Assembly: GCF_000328665.1 (NCBI RefSeq)
Contig: NC_019977.1
Coordinates: 1,542,011 to 1,606,010, forward strand
From: Methanomethylovorans hollandica DSM 15978
GTDB taxonomy: Archaea; Halobacteriota; Methanosarcinia; Methanosarcinales; Methanosarcinaceae
Direction: 5' to 3'
DNA length: 64,000 nucleotides
Shown here: positions 51,056-60,413 of the stretch, piece by piece
Layout: each line of letters begins with the position of its first letter
How positions within the stretch are numbered: position 1 is the first letter of the stretch
Translations under genes and position numbers: made by a program
The notes under the pieces: generated by a model
Told to the model about the DNA's origin: nothing
Databases searched by the model: none
Seen by the model: only the letters and a program-made list of their open reading frames with translations

Positions 51056-53362
51056 TCATTTTTCAGACGTAAGACTAAACTCTGCAGCGTCTGAGGGTCG
51101 ATAAGGGTGAGTGACGGTGTAAATGTTTCCACCCTGGCTGCAATGGTAGTCCGGGCTGCACTCGACTAGAGACAGGAAGGTCACCGTCGTGTCCTTTCCC
51201 TTTCTTTCTTTGCTCGTCACTTTCAGGAGTACGACTTCCTTGGTCCGCATATTGACAACCCCATAAGCATTCCCAACCACGACAGTATCCAAGTTCATGC
51301 CCTCGATCACCTTCATTTTGATCGCTTGCTTCTTAGCCGTCGTCTTCTGTGGAGGAGCGCCCACTGTCGGCCGCTCCTTCTCTGTGGTTGGTACGGTGGT
51401 CTTACGAGGCGGGAGCTGCGACGCCTGTTGCCGTTGTTCCTTGAGAAGTTGTCTCAATAGTTTAAGGACTTGAACGAGCAGGTCTCCTCCAGGTACAAGC
51501 CGAACAGATTTTTCGGCATCATCAATGATCTGCAATGTATCCGACATAGCGTTCTGAGGTGATTGCGACATAGGGCCGGAGATTCTGCCCTGGAGTTTGT
51601 TCAATAATTCCCCAAGCGCCGATGGTCCTCCCGGCGACTGTTTTCCACCACCCTTGGATGGAGAGCCTTTTCCCAAAGGCTTCTGCAGCGGGTTTTCGGC
51701 CGCACTTGCCTCAGAGGGGAGTAGGAGAAGCAAAAGCGCTGCTAAACCTGCCAGCGGGAGCAGACCCGCGGCGGCTTCTGCAAAGAAAGCAACTATAGCC
51801 GCCGCTGCCGTGGCTATTGCTGTTATAATAACCTCACAGAAAACGACCACGATGATGGCCACAACAATGAGTGCAACTATCGCCAAAATAGTCGTGCCCC
51901 ATTCCTCGAGGAATTGCCGGACAGCATGAGCAGCAGCGGCAAGCTTGGAAAGCACCACCTCAAATGCGTAAGCGATCTTTTGCCCCAATTTTTCGGCGGC
52001 CTTCTTTAGTTCATCCATCATTTCGGCGATCATACTGGCGGCACGTGCTGCGAGCCATGCCAGTTCGATCATCGGCCTGCAGAAGTACCAATACATCCCA
52101 TCCATGGTCGTGAAGATATGGATCATCTGCGGGAGTGTCGCAGGTGAGAATGGGAAAGGAAGTCCGGGTAAAGTCCAACTCGGATTAGTGGGCACGGTCA
52201 TCGGCTCCGCTATTGAGAGCATACTGCCCGATGCTCCCGCGTATGCATCTAATGCAGTAATGTAACTAAGAAGATCGGCGTGAGCAACTGGAGCTGGTGT
52301 GGTAAATGGCTTGATGGAACCGAGCATCACAGGGCCGGGCACAGGCGCTGGCGATGGAAATGTTGCAATGGGCGGTGGAAACATGCGGCCTTGCGGAGCT
52401 GCCGGAACAATACCTATAGGCCACGATCCATACAGGTCAACAAAGCCAGGCAACTGGCAATCGATACTGCTCCCCGAAGTGCCACCCCCCGGAATAGCGA
52501 CTTCGGCGAACATTGCCGGTGAATACAGTCCCACCATCAGCCCTTGAATGAATCGGTGAATGTCAGTGCCTAGAGTGCAATTATCTGCGCTGCCAATGCA
52601 ATTCCCAGCGATGCCACGCGCAATGCCAAACGGCGCACGCCGAATGCCGAGGGATTCGCTGCCTCCTCTTTGTTGCACGACATGCGTGAGCTCATGCGCA
52701 AGCAATCGCTGGCCAGTTTGCGTATTTGGAGAGTAGTGCCCACTACGGAACGAGATGTCACTTCCGAGAGTAAAGGCAAATGCGTCAACGCTCTTGGTCG
52801 ATGCATCTGCCCGCGAATCCGTGTGCACGCGCACATTACTGAAGTCATGACCAAAGCGATGTTCATAGAAAGCACGCACAGATTCAGGCAGAGGCCGGCC
52901 GCCGCCGCGGATGGCACTGATATTGGATTCTAATTTTGGGGTCACTTTTGGAGTTGAGCCAGAAGCTTCTTTTTTCTGGAGTTTCTCGTCCTCTTCTTCC
53001 TTCCCGATCTTAATTCCCTTTTTACACCCTGGACATTTGCGCTGGATGGAGTTGTTCGGAGCAGGTTCAGAAACATTTTTTTCATTTGACATCTGCGGCT
53101 CTGGCATCCGCATGACCTGCTCCGCTACCCTGTCAGCCTCCTGCTCGTACATATCATTAGGCTGGCCTATTTTGAGTTTAGCCTGCAAAACACCTGATCT
53201 GATCAGTCTCTGGACTGCCTGATTGCCTGCTGTGCGCTGAAGATGCAGTATCCTCTCAGCAGGAGAGACTGAATAAGCTTTACCATTTTTTTGATTGATT
53301 AAATTTGAGCTTTTCTGCTTTGTTTCTGGTGTTTTAGCAAACGTAACAGCTTTTTCAGTCAT
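51056..53362 (-). CDS. eCIS core (DUF4157) protein with GC-rich, membrane-helix-containing C-terminal region
   Basis: LQRTAGNQAV leader, RFGHDFSNVRVH, LLAHELTHVVQQ; long hydrophobic stretch. Confidence 0.88.
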   Translation of the reverse strand: MTEKAVTFAKTPETKQKSSNLINQKNGKAYSVSPAERILHLQRTAGNQAVQRLIRSGVLQAKLKIGQPNDMYEQEADRVAEQVMRMPEPQMSNEKNVSEPAPNNSIQRKCPGCKKGIKIGKEEEDEKLQKKEASGSTPKVTPKLESNISAIRGGGRPLPESVRAFYEHRFGHDFSNVRVHTDSRADASTKSVDAFAFTLGSDISFRSGHYSPNTQTGQRLLAHELTHVVQQRGGSESLGIRRAPFGIARGIAGNCIGSADNCTLGTDIHRFIQGLMVGLYSPAMFAEVAIPGGGTSGSSIDCQLPGFVDLYGSWPIGIVPAAPQGRMFPPPIATFPSPAPVPGPVMLGSIKPFTTPAPVAHADLLSYITALDAYAGASGSMLSIAEPMTVPTNPSWTLPGLPFPFSPATLPQMIHIFTTMDGMYWYFCRPMIELAWLAARAASMIAEMMDELKKAAEKLGQKIAYAFEVVLSKLAAAAHAVRQFLEEWGTTILAIVALIVVAIIVVVFCEVIITAIATAAAAIVAFFAEAAAGLLPLAGLAALLLLLLPSEASAAENPLQKPLGKGSPSKGGGKQSPGGPSALGELLNKLQGRISGPMSQSPQNAMSDTLQIIDDAEKSVRLVPGGDLLVQVLKLLRQLLKEQRQQASQLPPRKTTVPTTEKERPTVGAPPQKTTAKKQAIKMKVIEGMNLDTVVVGNAYGVVNMRTKEVVLLKVTSKERKGKDTTVTFLSLVECSPDYHCSQGGNIYTVTHPYRPSDAAEFSLTSEK
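53102..53215. repeat. 114-bp perfect direct repeat shared by two effector leaders (second copy 57739-57852)
   Basis: Base-by-base comparison; diverged copies near 54930-55040 and 50670-50770. Confidence 0.9.
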
Positions 53363-53668
53363 GTGACCATCTTCAATTTTGATTTTAGATTTTATGTCTT
53401 TTCAGGATACTCGAACTAATGAACCTCTGAATACTACTTTTCTGTTTAAAATGCCGTTTATATGCAATTGGATATTCGGATCATCCCAATCTCATGCAGA
53501 AACGCAATGATTTGTTGCGAGGAACTAGGGGGTATTTGTTCATCTGACAAATCTCAGTGAAGGGGCGCAGATCAAGGCTCTTCTCGCTCCACGCGATAGT
53601 TAGGTACCCCTTTTTTTTGGTCTCATTGCATTCCCTAGATAAGGTTAATGTGATTCTACCCCATCTTC

Positions 53669-55189
53669 TCATGGTTTTTTGGGAGATGGGACCGGACCAG
53701 GTATCTTCGAAAGGGGCACATAGATCGTGAACGATCCCATAGAAGGTGCAGGGAACTCCACCGTGAAGGGCACATCCCCTGAAATCCCCGTAGCCTCAAA
53801 CTGAGACAATGGTACTGTAGCTATCTGCTCAAGTATTGTTCCGCAGTCACCAGGGCATAGATCGATAGTATCCTTCACGGAATAGTTGATGTAAGGGGTC
53901 ACGATAAGATCACTGGAAGCCAACCGCGTCAGCTTCACCATACCGCCCGCATGGCGCTCGTCGTTGAAAGGAGAGGGTTTTGCTCCCGCTGGGCAGGAGA
54001 GCTGGTTTTTGCCGATACCCCCGGCAAGGTTGCCAGGAATGTCTTTAGGAATGTTAAAGTTCATCTGCTTTAGGCTCGCCGGATCGTCGAGTTCCGAAAT
54101 AGCCTTCGGTATTAAAGTGTTGAGGTCTATATAATCATTGGAATACAGCGGAACAGACGGTGGTTTTGCGGTAAGGCTTTTCTTTATCTCATCATAGAGG
54201 AAAGTTGTAGTCTCTTTCGTTGTCGGTGAATTGGTAAAGTCCTTGCCAAAGTCAGCACTCAGGTTCTTCGGCGACGATCCACCCCACAGGTACTCGCTCC
54301 ATAGGGGTACCACGCGGCTGTCAACAGCTGCAGAAATCCCTTTCATTATCCACCATGCTTTCTTGCTCCGGTAATATTCCGCCAGCTTTTCGCTGCGGTA
54401 AGGTTCACAGAATCCGGCAGGACACCATGAGGGACGGCCACAATTCTGAGCTTTGGGAGCTCCACTGCTCCCGTACTCACGCTCTGCGACTACATCGCCT
54501 TCAGCTCCTGTGACTAGAGGAACGCGCTGTACGATGCCCGATGACAGAGGAGATGCATTCTGCTGTACTACATGGGTGAGTTCATGCGCTAGCAAGCGCC
54601 GTCCATTGGGAGTAGCTGGACAATAACGCCCTGCTCCGAAAACCACGTGAGATCCCACGGTATAAGCTTGGCCACTTACGGCATCTGCGGATTGCTCCGC
54701 ATGCAAATCCGTGTGCACCCGCACGCTGCCAAAATCATGTCCAAAGCGAGGCTCCATGAACGCACGGGTTTGTGTATCTAGCGGCCGCCCCGGAGAGCGC
54801 AACACATCGTGTACAATCGATGGCACATCCTGGCCCGAATTTACAGGCACCTTTCCAGATGACTCTTTAAGCTGCAATTTTTTTTCATTCTCATCACAGT
54901 TAGCACATTTGCGTTGTACCTGTGGCTCTGGCATCTGCATGACCTTCTCAGCAACTCGGTCAGCCTCCTGCTCGTACATATCATTGGGCTGACCTATTTT
55001 GAGTTTAGCCTGCAAAACACCCGATCTGATCAGTCTCTGGACTGCCTGATTACCTGCTGTGCGCTGAAGATGCAGTATCCTGTCAGCAGGAGAGCCGGAA
55101 TTATTTACACGGCTCTCCTGCTTGCAAAGACTTGAACATTTCTGCTTTGGTTCTGATGTTTTGGCATAAATTGCGGCTTTTTCAGCCAT
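53669..55189 (-). CDS. eCIS core (DUF4157) protein with uncharacterised C-terminal domain
   Basis: Same leader, RFGHDFGSVRVH, LLAHELTHVVQQ; unrelated Cys-containing C-terminus. Confidence 0.88.
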   Translation of the reverse strand: MAEKAAIYAKTSEPKQKCSSLCKQESRVNNSGSPADRILHLQRTAGNQAVQRLIRSGVLQAKLKIGQPNDMYEQEADRVAEKVMQMPEPQVQRKCANCDENEKKLQLKESSGKVPVNSGQDVPSIVHDVLRSPGRPLDTQTRAFMEPRFGHDFGSVRVHTDLHAEQSADAVSGQAYTVGSHVVFGAGRYCPATPNGRRLLAHELTHVVQQNASPLSSGIVQRVPLVTGAEGDVVAEREYGSSGAPKAQNCGRPSWCPAGFCEPYRSEKLAEYYRSKKAWWIMKGISAAVDSRVVPLWSEYLWGGSSPKNLSADFGKDFTNSPTTKETTTFLYDEIKKSLTAKPPSVPLYSNDYIDLNTLIPKAISELDDPASLKQMNFNIPKDIPGNLAGGIGKNQLSCPAGAKPSPFNDERHAGGMVKLTRLASSDLIVTPYINYSVKDTIDLCPGDCGTILEQIATVPLSQFEATGISGDVPFTVEFPAPSMGSFTIYVPLSKIPGPVPSPKKP

Positions 55190-55440
55190 GGATTCATCCC
55201 TTATTATACTAATATAGAAACTTCTAAATCAGCATTCAAATATAATATAGACAGAAGCTATTTTCCCTTGAAAATCTTAATGAAACTGAGTGCTGCTAAA
55301 CCAAGAAAAAGTTGTGATTTGAATATCCAAAATTAAATAGCAGCATACCTCTTGGTATAAGTAGAATTTCTACACTTCAAGTTTGCTTTGAACTTATAAA
55401 TAAGGCGTTAAGCTTCAATAGTTTGAGTCGGGAACCTTGG

Positions 55441-57999
55441 CTAAATTTTTGGCGGTCTTGGTGGCTTACCCAGTCTCTCATATGCATCGAGCTGTCTGCC
55501 AGCCTGCAGCTCCTCCTGCGTCCAAGTTGAAGGCGTTTTACGTCCTGCAGCAGAAACTTTGTCAAAAGTCAGGTCACAATCCCTCCATATGGATCCACCA
55601 CGGCTTTCGAGTGCTTCTCTCATCTTCCTAATATTTGCAACCAGCTCCGCTCCTACTGAAGAATTCTCGCCTGTTTCCATCAACCGATAATTAGGCAGAA
55701 GGTCGAATTGTGTCTCGCGGCCTATTGGCGTCACCTGCATTTCCACTATATGATCAACAACCATGCGATCACCGAGGACATGGCTCTTTGACCAGTACGG
55801 ACGGATGATATCGTCCATATTAAGTCCAAGCCTCTCTGCTCTTTGTTTAGTAGATATTGGCACTCTGCCTGGCATAAGAGCATTCCATCTAGATAACTGA
55901 TTTGTGTCACGCGGACGACCAACTCGATGTTGTAGCGGTCCTTTATCCAGCCAGGCCGCATAAAGACTAAGATCATCACTTTTGAGAGACGGTAGTAGAA
56001 GAATTACCGGCAAGGGTGGTGGCACAGGACAGGCACCTACTGGTGCTGGCGCCTCTTTCTTCTTCCCACAGACTCCAGCAGCTGCATTTGAAAGTGCTTT
56101 CAAAATCTTATCCTTGTCCGTACTGAAAACCTGACCCTGACCGATACTACTCTGTGCAACAATCAATTGAGAAGGATCACCAATACCTTCAATTAAATCG
56201 CAGAACTTTGTACATTTTCCCTGAAGACCTGGCAGATTTCGTGATAAATCACCTTCAATGTCCTCACCGGAAATAACCTGTTTAGTTATAGGTCCAACCG
56301 TAACAGGTTTATCACCTTTACTTGGGTTTATTGAAATGGGAATAGAGAGCTCTTCAGCCTTAATCCAAATTTCCCAGGTCCAGAATGGTGCAGTAAACTC
56401 ACATAGACGCTTTTCTCTTTCAGCTATCTTATACTGGACATTTAAGAATGGTGTAACATTGAACTGTACCTTAAAACCAGCTTTAATTTTACTGTCAAGG
56501 TCAAACATAAATTTATCCTGAATATATGATAGGCGAACTATCTCCTGAAAGTTAAAGATAGTAGAGCCTATACCTTCACCCCGAAGCCCCCCTTCAGCAA
56601 AACCTTTAATAGGAATGCTAATTCCTTCTACCGGAATTGAAAGTGTGGCACCGGCACTGATCTTGCCCACAACTTCGACAACAATATGGCTGCCTATCGG
56701 AACATTAACCTGCCCCTGTCCTATGTAGGTATCATGCAGGGGATCAATCCGAATTAAAACATCATTAAGGGTGATAGAGCCAACACTCAGCCACAGGCTG
56801 GGACCTATATCAAGTCCAAGTTCAGGCTCGATCTTTACTCCTGCAATTATAAAGTCTTTTAAATTCTTAATTTTCGACAATTTAGGAAATTCTAGAACCT
56901 TTTCTTCCTGGGGATCTGTTAACTTAATGCGCCCGCAGCCAAGAGTAATTCCATCCTGGCCAATTGATAATTTGCATTTTAATTTGCCCGCCAGCTGTTT
57001 TGCTGCTGCCAGTGCAGCCGGGCTGAAGCTTGTCCCGGATATATTATTATCAGCGCCTTTCTGTCCAGCTCCATCTCCAGATTGAATAACTGCGCCTGCC
57101 TGTTGCTTGGCCCAATCAACCGCTTCGCCTCCAGCTTCAGTAATAGAGTTTACCACTTCATTGGCTTTCTCTTCAACCCAGCTTAAGATGCCTCCACCTG
57201 AACTATCAGATTCGTTCTTATCTTCGTTATCACCAAAGAGTGACCACCTTTGTATTCCAGGCATGGATACTGATATCTCAGGTGACCGTTGTATCTCCGC
57301 TTTCTTTTTTTCACAAGCTAAACATTTTAACTGGACAGACGGCTGCTCGGGAACTTTTTTGGTTTGAACCCCACCGGTTTGCTGCACCACATGAGTCAAT
57401 TCATGTGCAGTCAACTCATTTTTATCAGGAGCTTTCCCGCCTCCATAATAGATGTCCTGATTATATGTGAATGCCTGTGCCTGCAGGTCACGGTTCATCT
57501 GCACTGCCTTTGAATCCGTATGCACACGCACCTGACTGAAATCATATCCAAAGCGTGGCTCCATAAAAGCGCGGGTTTCTGTATCTAGCGGCCGCCCTGG
57601 AGAGCGCAACACATCGTGTACAATTAATGGCACATCTTGTTCCTGAGTTACCGACACCTTTCCAGGCAATTTTTTTGCCTGTAAAACCTTTTTTTCATCC
57701 TTGTTGCACCTAGCACACTTACGCTGCACCTTTGGCTGTGGCATCCGCATGACCTGCTCCGCTACCCTGTCAGCCTCCTGCTCGTACATATCATTAGGCT
57801 GGCCTATTTTGAGTTTAGCCTGCAAAACACCTGATCTGATCAGTCTCTGGACCGCCTGATTACCTGCTGTACGCTGCAGGTGCAATATCCTCTCAGCAGG
57901 AGAGCCGGAATTATTGACATCGCTCTCCTGCTTGCAGAGACTTGAGCTTTGCTGCTTGGGTTCTGATGTTTTGGCAAACACTGCGGCTTTTTCAGCCAT
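55441..57999 (-). CDS. eCIS core (DUF4157) protein with putative HNH-like nuclease C-terminus
   Basis: Same leader (MAEKAA start), AHELTHVVQQ, beta-rich middle, VDHIVEMQ...NYRL....NSS. Confidence 0.85.
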   Translation of the reverse strand: MAEKAAVFAKTSEPKQQSSSLCKQESDVNNSGSPAERILHLQRTAGNQAVQRLIRSGVLQAKLKIGQPNDMYEQEADRVAEQVMRMPQPKVQRKCARCNKDEKKVLQAKKLPGKVSVTQEQDVPLIVHDVLRSPGRPLDTETRAFMEPRFGYDFSQVRVHTDSKAVQMNRDLQAQAFTYNQDIYYGGGKAPDKNELTAHELTHVVQQTGGVQTKKVPEQPSVQLKCLACEKKKAEIQRSPEISVSMPGIQRWSLFGDNEDKNESDSSGGGILSWVEEKANEVVNSITEAGGEAVDWAKQQAGAVIQSGDGAGQKGADNNISGTSFSPAALAAAKQLAGKLKCKLSIGQDGITLGCGRIKLTDPQEEKVLEFPKLSKIKNLKDFIIAGVKIEPELGLDIGPSLWLSVGSITLNDVLIRIDPLHDTYIGQGQVNVPIGSHIVVEVVGKISAGATLSIPVEGISIPIKGFAEGGLRGEGIGSTIFNFQEIVRLSYIQDKFMFDLDSKIKAGFKVQFNVTPFLNVQYKIAEREKRLCEFTAPFWTWEIWIKAEELSIPISINPSKGDKPVTVGPITKQVISGEDIEGDLSRNLPGLQGKCTKFCDLIEGIGDPSQLIVAQSSIGQGQVFSTDKDKILKALSNAAAGVCGKKKEAPAPVGACPVPPPLPVILLLPSLKSDDLSLYAAWLDKGPLQHRVGRPRDTNQLSRWNALMPGRVPISTKQRAERLGLNMDDIIRPYWSKSHVLGDRMVVDHIVEMQVTPIGRETQFDLLPNYRLMETGENSSVGAELVANIRKMREALESRGGSIWRDCDLTFDKVSAAGRKTPSTWTQEELQAGRQLDAYERLGKPPRPPKI

Positions 58000-58209
58000 C
58001 TTCTCCCCCTTGATTACAGATGTAACAAAAACGAAATTGGATCTTATCCACGACAATATTTCAGCCTATGTGCAGAGGCAAAGCAGTCAATAATTATGTA
58101 AGAACACCGTTGACATCTCCTTACTCAAGAACAGGATAAGTTATCTGAATGTAGTAATGGGTATTATGTGGTTTGAGGTAAAATCAAGGAATATCAAGGT
58201 GTTGTAACT

Positions 58210-58614
58210 TCAAAATGTTTTAAGCCCGATAAGTATCTGTATCTGGATGCTGTCCAGCTTATTGTCTGGTGTCGGCTTACTGTACGAAAATTTAAGCTGT
58301 TTTGGTTTAGGGTCCAGCATATTTACTGAGCTATTGCCGATCAGAAGATGAGGCTGGTCGAGTTTGTATACATCTGCCACATCGTTTACTTTATAGGTTA
58401 TTGTATCTCCATACCAGTTCGAAGTAATCGCCAGCAGGACTACTTCCCCTTCATTGTCGCTCGGCCAGAGATCAACAACTTTGTCAGCATCCTCATTTTT
58501 GATGCTCACATTTATTTTTTCATAAGCATCTACTTCCACTATCCGGTTCAAGCTTATATTCGGGCCATTCTGTATATCTATCTTCACTGTAACTGCAATC
58601 TTTTCGTTCATCAA
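58210..58614 (-). CDS. Small beta-rich hypothetical protein in the eCIS locus
   Basis: GGAGGT SD; co-oriented between the fibre-like gene and the effector array. Confidence 0.7.
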   Translation of the reverse strand: MMNEKIAVTVKIDIQNGPNISLNRIVEVDAYEKINVSIKNEDADKVVDLWPSDNEGEVVLLAITSNWYGDTITYKVNDVADVYKLDQPHLLIGNSSVNMLDPKPKQLKFSYSKPTPDNKLDSIQIQILIGLKTF

Positions 58615-58805
58615 CGTACCTCCATGTACTAGTGTAAGACGTTTTTAAAGAGAGAATACCCGAACATGTGTATCGGGCTAAAAAACTTAATCGATTATTT
58701 AGATATTTTGTAAAGATTCGGAATAAGAACTATCTGGAAATGTTTTGAGCTGTTGGAATTCTACATATACGACATGTAAACCTGAGAAAACTTTGGTTCT
58801 GGAAC

Positions 58806-60371
58806 TCATCCCCGTATTTCCAGTTCCGATACATAGAAGCAGACCTCATCCTGCTGGATAGCTACCCTAAGGGCATCTTCCGAGCCAAGTGCTTCTTTGA
58901 GCTCTTCCAGTGCGTTGAGGAAATTCCTGAAACTTTCATCTGTACTCCTTCCCTGGATGTTGTCTGCAAAAGCCATCATCAATTCCAGAAGCTCTTTCAT
59001 GAATTCCATGAAGTCTTCCTCTTTTTGATAGACTTTATTGTTCACCGCATCTTTGGTATTCTGTGCAATTTTAAAGGCTATATCATTGTTAAATTGTATT
59101 CCAATTGCCTTAAAATTACTAACAGTGCATTTTAGCGCCCTTTCTCTCAGATACATAAAGAGCAATTCGAGCTGCTTCTGCAGTTTTTCAGAGAGGTTTT
59201 CAATATCTACAACTCCCCTCCCAAGATTATGCACATGGTCTTCACGGGAATATCTGTCAGAAGTTCCCACAATAAGGCTGGTACCTACGCTTTGCACAGT
59301 TGTTGCAGGTTCTCCCCCTCCCCCGGTGGAAGCAATTTCAATTGTATGGGTCGAAGGATTGGGAGTTATTGAAACATTTGAACCTGCAATAAGATCTACA
59401 TTTCCACCGGGATTACTAACCCCATCTATACTCACGAGTGCCCCTGTCTGGATAGCAGTAACCTGATGTGGATTGTCTTTTTTTGCCGAGTGATTCTCCC
59501 CTATAGTAATACGATCGTTCGTATCATCAGGAGTAATAACGATCGAACCCTCAGGTACAAGATCTACATCTCCTCCGGCGTTGCCTACTCCATCAACACT
59601 AACCAATGCTCCTGTCTGGACAGCAGTGACTGCATGAGGATTATTGATATCAAGAATATGGCACTTAAAGAGCTGATACAGTTCTTTCTGAGTGAAAAAT
59701 ATCCTGTTTTTCGCAGTATCTTCAGAATCAACTGAATAAATACCATTTTCATCTTTTACCGTCGCAAGAAACACTCTTTCTTTATCTGCACACGAAGGAC
59801 AGATTCTATGATCCTTCTCCAGGTCTTCAAGCCACACGGTCACATCTTTAAGTGGAGTAAATTCCAAACGGCACTCAAGTTCCTTTAATTCAGGAGCTTT
59901 ATCTGAAGCTATTACCTCAAAACTTTCAACTGTTTTTCCCGGACAGCATTTTTCCGCACAGCTTGATGGATTTGAAGCTGAGGCGACATATCCGTCATAG
60001 CAGGCTTTGTATTTTAAATAGAGGTAAGGAGTGCCTGTCAGGTTCGAAACACTGCTCCCACTGCTATTCAATATCTTTTCTTCAGTATTAGGAGGCACGA
60101 CAATTTCACGCCCACAGCAATCCAGAGCCGCCCCGCCGTCTATGAAAAGCATATTCAGATTTCCATCTGCTGCTGTTTTTATTTGGATCTGTTCAAAACC
60201 ACAGATAAGCCCCGACCCATTAAGCAGCCTGTTGATTAGATGACGCTTTTCGTCAAAATAGCTCTGTTCCGTTTCAAAGTCCCTGACTGTCATCAGCTTG
60301 CCGTAAAAATACTTATTTTTCTCGAACTTGTGAAGCTGACAATCTTTGTTTTCTTTAGTATTGTTAGACAT
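58806..60371 (-). CDS. eCIS tail fibre-like protein
   Basis: N-terminal YFYGKLMTVRDFETEQ.YF domain seen in contractile-tail loci; two NPH.VTA.QTGALVS.DGV repeats; REDHVH motif. Confidence 0.7.
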   Translation of the reverse strand: MSNNTKENKDCQLHKFEKNKYFYGKLMTVRDFETEQSYFDEKRHLINRLLNGSGLICGFEQIQIKTAADGNLNMLFIDGGAALDCCGREIVVPPNTEEKILNSSGSSVSNLTGTPYLYLKYKACYDGYVASASNPSSCAEKCCPGKTVESFEVIASDKAPELKELECRLEFTPLKDVTVWLEDLEKDHRICPSCADKERVFLATVKDENGIYSVDSEDTAKNRIFFTQKELYQLFKCHILDINNPHAVTAVQTGALVSVDGVGNAGGDVDLVPEGSIVITPDDTNDRITIGENHSAKKDNPHQVTAIQTGALVSIDGVSNPGGNVDLIAGSNVSITPNPSTHTIEIASTGGGGEPATTVQSVGTSLIVGTSDRYSREDHVHNLGRGVVDIENLSEKLQKQLELLFMYLRERALKCTVSNFKAIGIQFNNDIAFKIAQNTKDAVNNKVYQKEEDFMEFMKELLELMMAFADNIQGRSTDESFRNFLNALEELKEALGSEDALRVAIQQDEVCFYVSELEIRG

Positions 60372-60413
60372 ACTCCTACACTCCTTTATATTACGCATTG
60401 ATAGATTACAACA

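Noticed and set aside
53481..53672. 63-aa ORF overlapping the effector stop, as an immunity gene
   Set aside because: No recognisable features or SD; the ATGA overlap may be chance
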